A stretch of 64,000 bases of DNA from Trichoplax sp. H2 (GCA_003344405.1 NOWV01000016.1:744001-808000), one strand, 5' to 3'; positions 14,651 through 26,461 are shown, counted from the stretch's first letter. The notes: generated by a model not told the origin, from the sequence alone. Numbers and translations: made by a program.

Positions 14651-14692
14651 TAGGGGAATTTTCAATTATCAATGATTCTGAAAATTTCCCTA
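14651..14692. repeat. Short imperfect inverted repeat related to the one at 29600-29678
   Basis: TAGGGGAATTTTCA...TGAAAATTTCCCTA; the termini match the 29.6 kb hairpin. Confidence 0.55.
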
Positions 14693-15194
14693 AATTATAC
14701 TACTCTATTCTAGGAGTTTAATCGTTTGTATGAGGCTATATCAGTAGAAGTATATACTATAACAGTGCGTAACTGCCGTGATATACCGTTATATTCGTGC
14801 ATATGCATGCGTAAGAATGGATCCAGTAAAGGAATTTATAAAGGAAGCTATATTGTATACTGAATCTACTATTGATGCGCTTATTTCATTGACCAATTTA
14901 TAAAGTGTAATAACGTTATCCAATGGCGATAGAGCATTTCGACCCATATGTATCGAGATTAGTTATAACCTGATGCATGCGTACACTCATCATAATAAAT
15001 GAACAAACTGTAAAATGAGTAGCGACTAGCTCTGGTCAGAACCTATTTTAATCGAAGAAACTGGCTGCAGTTTCTCATACCCTGATATTAACCATCCACT
15101 CAAGAAAGCTCAAAATTATTTTCTCCTTTGGAACTATTAAAATTATACACATCAGTATATCATGTTCTTAATGGATGAATACTTTTATACTTAT

Positions 15195-15465
15195 TAAAGA
15201 ATTGATTTCGTTTCAACAGGTTTTCATTATATCTTATCCCTTGAGGAATACCTACAGTATATCGAAGAATTGATTTCGTACGACGTCATTATATCATATC
15301 TTTTGAGAAATACTGCTACCCATATCAAAGAATTAATTTTATTTAAATGCGTCAATAGGAGACTTACCCATATATCATATTAAAGGCTGATTTTGTTTCA
15401 ACGTGTCCATCTGATGTATTTTTCGATGAAGACTTTTACCTATGTCAAAGAGCTGAGTTTGTTGT
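15195..15465. repeat. Degenerate ~55-67 bp tandem repeat
   Basis: Variants of AAGAATTGATTTCGT recur near 15197, 15264, 15327, 15382 and 15447. Confidence 0.5.
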
Positions 15466-15469
15466 TTCG

Positions 15470-16363
15470 TGATTCTTAGTTTTAGTTTTAATGATAGATA
15501 TAAGTGATCTCCTTGATTGCAGAGTCTTTATTTTTATAATTAATTAACACAGTAGTACCATGGAAATTGATTGCACTATGCAGTATTCAATAGAGTTAAC
15601 AGTAAATGCAGTAACTCCAATAGAATATTATTTTATTTCCTGATTGTTAGTTTTAGTTTTAAAGATAGATATAACTCATATAAGTAATCTTCTCGATTGC
15701 AGAGTTCATATTTTTAGTGAATAAAGCAGTACCTTGGAAATTGATTGCGCCATGCAATCATACGCTCGTATATACTACTAGTGGTACAGTCAATACTCCA
15801 AACATAGGGAGAGGCAGTCGAAATGTATTTGAAACATGATGGAGCGATGACGTCATATCTAGTTTTAAAGATAGATATAATTCAAATAACTAATCTTCTC
15901 GATTGCAGAGTACACAGTAGTACCATGGAAATTGATTGCACCATGCAGCATTCAATAGAGTTAACAGTAAATGCAGTAACTCCAATAGAATATTATTTCC
16001 TGATTCTTAGTTTTAGTTTTAAAGATAGACATAAGTGATCTTCTCGATTGCAGAGTCTGTATCCTTACTAATGAAGTAATACCATGGAAATTGATTGCAC
16101 CATACAGTATTCAATAGAGTTAACGGTAAATGCAGTAACTCCAATAGAATATTATTTCCTGATTCTTAGTTTTAGTTTTAAAGATAGACATAAGTAATCT
16201 TCTCGATTGCAGAGTCTGTATCTTTATTAATGAAGTAGTACCATGGAAATTGATTGCGCCATGCAATCATAAGCTCGTATATAGGGCTAGTGGTACAGTC
16301 AATACTCCAAACATAGGGAGAGGCAGTCGAAATGTATTTCGATGGGGCGATGACGTCATATCT
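15470..16363. repeat. Modular tandem repeat (~140-220 bp units) upstream of the ependymin-related gene
   Basis: TACCATGGAAATTGATTGC (or a 1-mismatch variant) occurs at about 15556, 15730, 15921, 16080 and 16239, each preceded by an AGTTTT..GATAGA..GATTGCAGAG module and followed by one of two alternative downstream modules. Confidence 0.9.
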
Positions 16364-16580
16364 GCCTGTCAAGTGCTGATCGAGTTTTTCTTTCTTTTGA
16401 TCTCAGTTGTTGTCAGTGTACTGTACCGGCGTCCAGTCCTGTCCAATACCAGTGTAACAGTTCAATACTGAGTTGTGAGTATCCGTGTTATGGAGTGCCA
16501 CTCCATAGCACAGTACTGTAGAGTGGAGCTGTCTGGAAAATCGTCATGTGAGCTGCGTACGGCCTTACGTATGGAATGTC

Positions 16581-16587
16581 TATAAAT
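16581..16587 (+). promoter_or_regulatory. Putative TATA box of the ependymin-related gene
   Basis: TATAAAT lies ~60 bp upstream of the ATG at 16640. Confidence 0.5.
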
Positions 16588-16639
16588 GCAAACGAGCAGC
16601 AAGGTCAGGACATTATTCGTTATTCGTTCCAGCTGGAAA

Positions 16640-17326
16640 ATGTTGCGTTCGTTGATATTCTTAGCTATCCTGTGCTCTGCAGTATATGCCTCGAAAAAGC
16701 CTTGCTGTGTGCCTGGCCAATGGTCTGGTATGATATTGCAAGGAGGCTTTGATTCTATGGGAAAGGGTAAAGCTCAAAAAAATATTACTTTCGCTGCTAA
16801 ATTACATGTCTACCTCGATGCCAAAATGGGCAAATACAGGGTTGACGAGAGCATCACCACTTCCAAAAGCAATATCACCGTCATTTCCGACTATAAGGCT
16901 GGTCTTCAATACCTTGTGATTGGTAAGAAGTGTACTACTAGCAAGTTGATGGGAAAATTCCCCAATCTGTGTATTCCGAAGACTGCAAATTTCCTTGGAA
17001 GTGGAGTACTTGGCTTAAAATTAAATTATGATTTATTCAGCTTTTCGTCTACTGATCGAAAAACTGCTGGTATTGTGGCTGTAACCGACAAAGGCTGTCT
17101 ACCTGTTTTTGAATCGATAACCTTGCCTGTTGCTGGTAAGACACCACAGCAAGTAGCTGTTTCTCAGATCTTTAGCAACATCAAGCCTGGAATTAAAGAT
17201 GATTCAATATTTAAAAAGCCTTCAAACTGCCCTTCTCAACCTGAAAAGGTCATTCAAGGCTTGGATCCTCTAACTTATCTTCATGAGAGATTGGTACAGC
17301 GTGCACTAAAGCAGCTCGGTCAATAG
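16640..17326 (+). CDS. Ependymin-related protein (EPDR family), intronless CDS, secreted/lysosomal
   Basis: Signal peptide MLRSLIFLAILCSAVYA followed by CCVPGQW, KKCT, CIPKTANFLG, GCLPV and FSNIKPGIKDDSIFKKPSNC, which is the ependymin-family Cys pattern. Confidence 0.85.
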   Translation: MLRSLIFLAILCSAVYASKKPCCVPGQWSGMILQGGFDSMGKGKAQKNITFAAKLHVYLDAKMGKYRVDESITTSKSNITVISDYKAGLQYLVIGKKCTTSKLMGKFPNLCIPKTANFLGSGVLGLKLNYDLFSFSSTDRKTAGIVAVTDKGCLPVFESITLPVAGKTPQQVAVSQIFSNIKPGIKDDSIFKKPSNCPSQPEKVIQGLDPLTYLHERLVQRALKQLGQ

Positions 17327-18709
17327 AGCATGGGAACATTTGCCTTTTTTGATAGTATTGATTATAGTTTAGTCATTGCACTCTATCCATCACTTAAAAT
17401 CGAAAATAAAAATACGTCTTGAAAGTATTCAATCAGTAAAAATCCACATTTACAAGGTTGTTTTGTCATCTCTACTAACGGTAAATAACAGGTTATCAAT
17501 GCTTCCTTTGATCACCATACGCTTAGTAGATGTCGACGATAGGATATCTAATGTTATAGTCTAGCGGTAATCTCTTACCGACTCTGTTTTTTGCATACTT
17601 AATCGTAGCCATAGAGTAGCTACTCCAGGATGTCCTGTTGCTAACACTAAATAAAATAAAGCTATCTTACAAAAGGAAATATCTTGTCAACGGTGTTATC
17701 AGAGACTAAGTAAAAAATTGACAACATGTACTAATGGTGAAACAAGTAAGACGGCAGTTGTTCGCGTAATTAGCACATAATAGTCATTTATACGTTGATT
17801 AATATGATCTTAGGCAATATCGATTGATTCATATCAGGCTTTATCATTGTCACAATTATATTGCACTCTAATGATGAGAAGATGAGCCAATTTCAGAATG
17901 GTACCTTTCTACCTTGACAGTTCAATTTAATGAGAAATTGCAAGCAGCACCTTCGGTACACCTAAGCTTCAAGTTTTCACCTTGCAATATTATTTGTTAT
18001 TATCAGTGCATCAAACAGACCGTCAAGAAAGAATTCTTTTTATTACTTTTATCATGCAAAGCGGTTGACAAAAATCAAAGGATAGAACAGTACATGACAT
18101 CATCTAATTCAGTTCACCAATATTTAAAAAGTGATTTGTTGAAAGATGCTTCAGCATTGAAGAATTACGCTTTGCGTCAATATCGCTTTGAGATATGAAC
18201 GGTAATTACAATACTTTAATGAAATAATTAAGAGAAATATTTGATTCTGATATCTGCCTATACAGAAACGACAGTCTTGACGATTAAAGTCAAAGGGTAG
18301 CTTGATTACATGACTAAAATCTGCTTCACTTGCATGCTAAACTATTGATCAAATTAGCATCTAGTTTACCCGTCTTCTTTCTGATACTTTGTACTTGTAA
18401 GATAAATAATAACCGTAGCAACAATATCACATGATATTGGAATGATTGGCCTCTTATTAAAATATCAATTGGATACTGTACGTATCTATTAATACATATC
18501 ATACTATTGTCTTCCAATAGGATATAAACAATGGCGTTTATTAATTTCAGTAGAACAGCTCTATATGTATGACTTATACTTCTTTTGCGATCGATTTTTA
18601 GTGGAATGGCATAGAACTTTTTTAATGCTGAGCTATCGTATTGATAAATGAATTCATTTACCATATGTTACTAGATGATTAACTGTAAAAATTAAAACAG
18701 ACTATTACA

Positions 18710-19070
18710 TCGACTTTACTCAATTACTTGTAAAGGCTATCAGTTGAGTATTTTTCATATACAGCAGTGCTACTTATGGCCAATAACTGATCTCTGTCGC
18801 AGAACAGGATTTAATCTTACATATTTTTTACCTTCTTTCTTCAGTAATGGACTATTTTATCGACTTTGCTCAATGACTTGTAAAAGCTATCAGCTGAGTA
18901 TTTTTCATGTACAGTGCAATAGTGTTACCGATGACTAAGAACTGATAGCTGTGGCGATAGAGCAAGATTTAAGCCTATGCATTCTTGACCTCCTTTCTTT
19001 AGCAATGTATTGTTTTATCGGCTTTGCTCAATGACTTATAAAGACTATCAGCTGAGTATTTTTTATGTAC
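18710..19070. repeat. Diverged ~150 bp tandem repeat, three copies of the core
   Basis: CG(A/G)CTTT(A/G)CTCAAT.ACTT.TAAA..CTATCAG.TGAGTATTTTT.AT.TACA at about 18711, 18861 and 19019. Confidence 0.8.
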
Positions 19071-20119
19071 AAAAGTGCCATCTGTATGTCCTATAATGAA
19101 CTGATATCTGCGCTTGAGTGGATAAAAGTAAAATCTTAAGTCCAATGGAGTTACACAAATCTGTACGTTCGTTCTAGCGTAATGATTAAAGAACGCCCGC
19201 AGAAGCGATTTACGGTAATTTTAAAAATTTATCTTAAATTACTATAAAAGACTTGCTAGATATGTCTTAGATTTAGATACGTAATAAAGTTCAATACGAA
19301 AGCAGCGTAAATACTGTTTTACTTTTTCACGAATAGTAATTGGAACATTTTTGCAAGGCTCAATATTAAAGTATGCAATTATATACTGTGTAGTGAGTGT
19401 GTATATATACATCAAAACTTGTTATTAAAATTCAGTTTGAATATAAATATCTAAAGGTACTTATTCACTATAACAACTGAACTAATTATTAACACGAAGT
19501 ATCAGGAGCAAGACATTCTATTAGTAATTGAAATTCGTTTCTTTAGATATTAGTCATGAAGGCGAATTTGTATTTTAGAAAAGATTAAGAATTTTATTTC
19601 CACATTCATTAAATTTCTTTAAACGATAATGATCAACTATAATGAGCGACAGTTGTATTTAATTTGCCATTTCTTTTAGTTGACCTTCGGTAATTTCCTA
19701 TGTTACTAACTAATAATAATAATAAAATATATTGGACACAATAGAGTTGGAAAATATAACGAATAAATTTTCGATATTTGATAGAATTTAAAAGATGAAA
19801 AAATTTAGCAGACGGTATGTAATATGATACTACCGCTGTGATTGTAAATTTACAATCCCAGAGATCTAGCCGAATACATTGGTGATGAACTCGATTATTT
19901 ACAGTTGATCAAGAGATGCCGTCGTTGTAGATTGAAGAGACAGTTACCGTTACAATATTATTTGGTCAACAAAATGACAATCAGCAAACTGATGAATAAC
20001 ACCGGTATAAAAATATCTAATTTAGTAAGTTTCGCTCCTTACAAATTCATAAGATAAAAATGGCGTATTACTTTTACAAGAAGTTTGATACACCAGTAAG
20101 AAAGTGTAGGAATTACGTT

Positions 20120-20231
20120 TTACATTCCTCTGAGTTCCGCTGCCTTCTTTAGAATGATATGAACGTCACTAACTGGATAATTCTATATTTGAGATGAATC
20201 CCACAATTAAAATCCGTTAATGTGTACAGGT

Positions 20232-20265
<34 letters not shown>

Positions 20266-23200
20266 TAGTGTATTTAAGCAGTTTCGATCAGTAGCAAACG
20301 ATGCGCTTAATGCATACTTGCAACGTTTTGATAATATCCGCAAATTCGCCTTGAAGAATTTCATCTCTAACCAAACTATTAAGGTAATCAGTGAAATCAT
20401 ATGTTAGCTTTTTAAAGTGTACAGACATGATAAGATTATTTTTAACAACTGGCGGTACCCACATTAGCATTGCGCAACATACGCATAGCAAAAATTCGAA
20501 TCTATTCTCTTCCGCGAATAGCGAATCCCAAATTCTAATTACATCTGTAAATCAATGACATAAAAGCGTATTAAAAATCATTTTACTGCCACAAACAAAA
20601 TGGAACATAGTTATGCTATTAAGAAATACCGGGCAGAGGAAATTCTTGAGATAGAAGCAGTGTGAACCAACGGAAGCAATAAAATTCTGGACGAATTCCT
20701 TTATCTTCCTGTAACGTGTAAAGTAATGTTGTGGGATAATCAGCAAGTCAGTCACAAGCTATTGTAGTACTTCCATAGATAAACATAAAGTACAACCACA
20801 AGGATAACCATGCTATACGAAAAATTACTTACGAGAACTTGCCATACTGCACTATCTTTATAGCGAATAGACTGACATACGCGTTGCATCCAAAATCCTT
20901 GAAAGTGATAATGTAAATGAAATAATTAAAAATTTAAACTCCGTCAAGTATTTGTATTGCTACCAGTAATTAGTATAAAGGACTTAATAGCCACCGATTC
21001 CGCAGACTGAGTTATCTAAGGTTCTTATAAAATTGTCCCTATTTTCCGCCATTAAATTCGTGAAGCAGAAGAATGCATCACATTCAGCATATCCTAAGGC
21101 GTGCCGATTTATTACATAGATTAGTCAATGCTGTGGAAACGGATGAAAAAAATGCGCAATATAAACTCATCACTTACTTTTCCATTCAGAATTGCTGTCA
21201 ACAGCAAAAATGTAATATATTGGACCCATAATTTCATTCATTCCCTTTCAGATCGAATCGCAAACAAATTAACCATAAGAATTTAAAGTTAATTTTTTTC
21301 ATGAGTGTAAACTTCATACTGTTAGCAAAATACTCGTATACCTGAACATAGCCGATGCCAGGGTTTAACTTTGCATAAATAAACAGCATCCTCTCTACTA
21401 CCTAAACATTAGCAGAACATGCCAACTAGTTAGAACTATAACGAATAGCTTAAACTTAAAGCAATGAAAGCTGAGCAATACAAGAATAACAGTTTAATTT
21501 AGTCAGATTTCAAATTACGATAAAGAGTTCTTACCTCCCAGTGGGCTTCTTCGCCTTCTGATAAAGTGTGATACTCTTGATCTTTAGACTTATTTTTGAT
21601 CTATCCGTATAACAAGGAGTCATTAGTAATTGAATAGATTTTTAACGTGGGTTACTAACAAAGCCCTGCAGCAAACAAATAGTCATATCATAGCAATCAT
21701 GGATAAATGATTACCTTTTGAACACCTTGTCTATTGGTCGTTACTTTCGACTCTAATAATACAGTTTTCTCAACGCGTTTTCTTAGAGCTTGGGAACCTT
21801 GATCATAGTGATTAGTGGTGCGATCAAGTTAGTTGATTACTGTACAATGTTTGTCAATTGATAAGTTTGATTCTAACTCCTACCTTTTTTCTTACATGGA
21901 AATTCAGTTGCTTTTTGAAAGAAAGACATGTCGGGATATAAACGCCTGCAAGTCAGGAAAATGTTAAATTATTATATGACACCATGACTTTATGGAGCAA
22001 AGGTGATCTTTATCGATATCTACCTAGCATCTTTATCGATTTGTGACAAGACTTCGTTATCCTTAAAGTATGTCACCCATTGGCTTTCCGGATCTAGGCT
22101 AAGCGGCTAAATGATCCCATAATAATTTGTATATAGAATTGGGTAACAGAATTGATGAGATTTGTTCTATGGACATGTTCAATTCATGGAAGTGTGCTAC
22201 AGTACTATTCTAACGTACATGATCATTGACATCATGCAAATGATCTCCTTCATTTTCATCGTCAGCAGCGAGGCTAGGATTAATAATAATATCGTCGAGA
22301 AAGCTGTCATATAGGTCTCTGCATTGTGGAACGCGAAGGAAATTGCAAAAAGTGCATACAGTAAGTATCCATATCATCAAAATTAATCAGACGGTACAAC
22401 ATTGATATTATGTTGCAATAAAAATGTTACCTTTTTGCTTTAAGAATATTATCCCACCCAGATCTTTTGGTAGGTAAATACCCTAATAATAGCTGAAAGC
22501 GATACATCGTTCATAAGATATTGTAAATAAACGTTGCGATTAGTAAGGTACTTTAATTGCATAGTTGAGATTGACAGTTTATAGCATGACATGTTATCGC
22601 TACACTAGTACTAAATCGAAATTAAAATTGTAGTTGTAAGTAAAACAGCTGCTGATTTATGGGCCTTTTGTGAAGACTGTTGAAATGTACTAATATTTTT
22701 TAATCACTTCGTAGCAACATGTGCTATCGTATGCTATACCTTGCATCAAGTGGTAAATATCGCTTAATCGAGGGTATCTGTAGCAGTTGGCTAATCCAAT
22801 ATAGTAAGGCCATAGTACAGCGTAACGATGTACATTGTACGGTGATCTCGCTACTATTTTTTATCAAAGTAACAACATATCAACTATTACACAGTATACT
22901 CGTATGTAAACTATTATAATATACAGTACTATGATCCAAGACGGGACAATAAATTAAGATAACTTAATAAACTGGAAATATTTCTTTATCGATAAATAGT
23001 TAATGTAGAGACATCAGGTCGTAAGTACCGCATATTGTATTGTAGAGTGTATAATGGCATATTCGATAGAAAGTTAATTAATTAGAATATTACGGTGATC
23101 AATGATGGTTTACATATGTTCAACAATGTATCCGGGACAAGAGATGCAATAGGAATAATACGAGTATTAATTACCCTCCAAGCCAGTGGCCTTATCCATG

Positions 23201-23964
23201 CAATGTCTGGAATTCCTATTATTAAGAAGTGAATGGAAAAGTCTGAGTTGAAGTTTGGGTTATAAGTAAAAAGCTTAACAATTATGCATTCTTTGTCAAG
23301 ATATTGGCAGTGAAAAGATTCAACGATCATAATTCAATTTATTTGGATTTTTGCTCGATGTGATCGGTTGAAAAATCAATATACCGTAAGAATTTATTGA
23401 TAGCAGGCTATCTTGTATACAGTACATATCTTTTACCTGATCAAGTTATTCTACATAATGTAACTCGATTGCTTGGTACAGAAAGTAACGTCCATATACG
23501 GCGGACGACTGTATCCATCTGACAAGTTTAACTACTGCAGTGTGTGATCAACTGTTGTTGGATGTAGGTATTCTGCAGGGACTAGTTACTGATATTACAG
23601 TACAGTATTCTGTACACTGATTACTCTACTCAGACGAGCTCTATACTGCCTACAGTGGGTTATATATGTCGAAGGCAGCAGCGCTATCTAATTTCAATTT
23701 GTTTCAAATGGAGTCATTAATAAATGCTCACTCTCCCCCTCCCCCCCAAAAATGGATCTTACCATTGAAGCATAATTGGCGTAATTGATGTAAATCGAGC
23801 TTATCCTCAGTTAAAATTTTTTTAAATTGGTCAACCCTAGATCAATGTAAAATAGAAAGATAGGAATAGATATCAAAAATGGTTTACTATGAGAAAATGA
23901 CAGAGAGAAATGCCTACTAGCTCGAGATTGAATTATTCGCTTACCTCGTACTATAGGTAGACAT
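20120..23964 (-). CDS. TBC1D13: TBC1 domain family member 13 (Rab GTPase-activating protein)
   Basis: The spliced product reads MSTYSTRVDQFKKIL..LRQLCFNGIPDIAWIRPLAWRLLLGYLP..DHPLSLDPESQWVTYFKDNEVLSQIDKDARRLYPD..EAHWEVVERMLFIYAKLNPGIGYVQGMNEI..FRWFTLLLSQEFPLPDVIRIWDSLF..KKAAELRGM*. The IxxDxxR and YxQ catalytic fingers are intact. Confidence 0.92.
20235..20262. repeat. (TA)n microsatellite in the last TBC1D13 intron
   Basis: Pure AT dinucleotide run. Confidence 0.9.
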
Positions 23965-24526
23965 CACGTTTTAATTGTCGAATTATCCACAATTGATATC
24001 AATCATCGGCGTAATCGTTGTATCCTACAGTTGGGAGTTGTATTTTTGCTACCAGTGCAGTGCCAATAAGTAACTACAACAGCCAGTCTACAATCTGAAT
24101 ACCCTATTTGTCGACTTTTTCCTTTCTACGTTGTAATACTGCCACTCAAGGTTGAAAGCTGCCCGTAGAGTATGCAAATAATCACTGCATGGTCAAATTA
24201 TTATGCAGCGCTTGGTGTAAACATGTCGGATTTTTGGAAGGCGTTTCTCTCCTGTACCATAGAGTTACACCATGGACTGTAGAAGCCTATAGAAGAGCCT
24301 AGCCAACAATAGCAATGGTGGGTAATAAACTGCCCAGGTTTACTTTGCGCACCAGGGTCGGTGCCTACTGGCCCGCTCTCAGTACACAACGGGTCAGTGT
24401 ACTGTATGTGAAAGCAATCAAGCGTCAACCGGGAGCTTGACGATGGACTCATCACCGACCATAGTAACATTAACTTGACTAGACACTGTATAGTGTACAC
24501 TGTACAGTGTACAGTACGGTAGTATA

Positions 24527-25307
24527 ACTAGACACAGGACAGAGGACTGTACAGACGGCGGAGCAGTCAGACAGACGGACTCTCCGGAGCCAATATGGAA
24601 AAATGATTACTTAGTATGGGATCTTTCATGTCTAGTTTCTAAATGACTTGGTGCTCATTTCAATAGTGTCTATGATCTTATATGACTGTTTTCAAGCCGA
24701 ATTATAGTAGCAGACAATACTAGACACTGGATAGAGGACTGTACAGACGGCTGAGCAGTCAGACAGACGGACTTTCCGGAGCCAATATGGAAAAACGATT
24801 ACTTAGTATGGGATCTTTCATGTCTAGTTTCGAAATGACTTGGTGCTCATTTCAATGGTGTCTATGATCGATCTTATATGACTATTTTCAAGCCGTATTA
24901 TAGTAGCAGACAATACTAGACACTGGACAGAGGACTGTACAGACGGCTGAGCAGTCAGACAGACGGACTTTCCGGAGCCAATATGGAAAAACGATTACTT
25001 AGTATGGGATCTTTTATGTCTAGTTTCTAAATGACTTGGTGCTCATTTCAATGGTGTCTATGATCGATCTTATACAGTATAACTGTTTTCAAGCCGTATT
25101 ATAGTAGCAGACAATACTAGACACTGGACAGAGGACTGTACAGACGACTGAGCAGTCAGACAGACGGACTTTCCGGAGCCAATATGGAAAAACGATTACT
25201 TAGTATGGGATCTTTTATGTCTAGTTTCTAAATGACTGGGTTTCATTTCAATAGTGTCTATGATCTTATATGACTGTTTTCAAGCCAAATTATAGTAGCA
25301 GACAATA
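24527..25307. repeat. Four tandem copies of a 192-bp unit upstream of TBC1D13
   Basis: Copies begin with ACTAGACAC at 24527, 24719, 24915 and 25116 (lengths about 192, 196, 201, 192) and are highly similar. A further copy lies at 26480-26671. Confidence 0.95.
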
Positions 25308-26441
25308 AGGTTCAATGTAATATTACTTAATTGAGAAAATATCGGTCAATTTCAAATCGACCGTCTGCATACTAAAGTATTGTACTGTACTGCCATAACC
25401 AAGTAAGTCGGAAAATGTCTGTCCATCCAAGAGTGATGGTACAGTACTTCTTCCTCTCTATTTTCACCTGATGTACTGTTCAGTGTACCGTACTCTACAT
25501 TGTACATGTACAATGTGTATCAAAGTATTTTGCCACTTTGAAAAGCATCAACCAGTGATCTTAATAAGCAAATACTGATTAAGAGTTGTTACATTCCATA
25601 GCATTTAGATCTTTCAGAATCTCTCCATCAACCTAATATATCATTCTAATATAGCTTTACTGTATTTTTAAAGAAAAATGTTGCCCGATAGTGACAAAAT
25701 GTTATGGTACACACTGTACAGTATTTCTTATCCAAAAACATTCAAGTAATGGAACCTTTTTCAGGTCTAATCAAAGGTGTTGGAACTCTAGTTGGAAGAC
25801 TTTTAGCGAAGTATGACGGACGGATACATCCAGTACATCGTCATGCGCATATACTGTCCTGTACTGTACAGTACTATACTGTACACACTCAGTACAGTAC
25901 ACAGTGTACAGTGCACAGTACAGCAGAGAGCACGGAGAACGAATGCACTGAGCAGTTACTGTACTGTACTGTATGCATGGACAATTGGACATCAAGGACA
26001 TTAATCGTGGACGTGTATCGTTTCAGATATACGGTTGACTTGAGATGACCAGCAAAATAGTTTTAGTAGACTAAATCGACTGTATCGAGCCTCTATTCTT
26101 TTTACTGAACTGGAATCAGCTAACGATGACAAATGTACATTGTACAGTACCCCAATTTTGGACTCCGGATACAGTACCCGTTTCAGTATGAACTACTGGA
26201 AGTGTCAGCGTACTCGTCTATTGATAGAGATCTCTATGGTTACAACTAGACATTCAGTCATTGATAGTATTTATATTTTTATTTACAATGTACTGTACAG
26301 TGTACAGTGTACAGTGTACAGTACAGCAAGGCCGAGGCATACTGTACAGTACTGTACAGTACAATAGTCACCTTGACTTGTCAAGTAACATATTGCCATC
26401 AGGCCCATCACATTCCATGGAAATTCGTACTTCGACACAGT

Positions 26442-26461
26442 NNNNNNNNNNNNNNNNNNNN
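26442..26461. other. Assembly gap (20 N) with duplicated sequence on both sides
   Basis: Run of Ns; 26268-26441 is nearly identical to 26685-26858. Confidence 0.95.

Noticed and set aside
15823-16471. Short ORFs in the EPDR upstream region
   Set aside because: They lie within a tandem array whose units differ by frame-shifting indels.
16586-16639. Upstream ATG extending the EPDR ORF
   Set aside because: It overlaps the putative TATA box; the ATG at 16640 gives a clean signal peptide.
24527-25307. CRISPR-like array
   Set aside because: Entire units repeat with no unique spacers; the context is eukaryotic and no cas genes are present.
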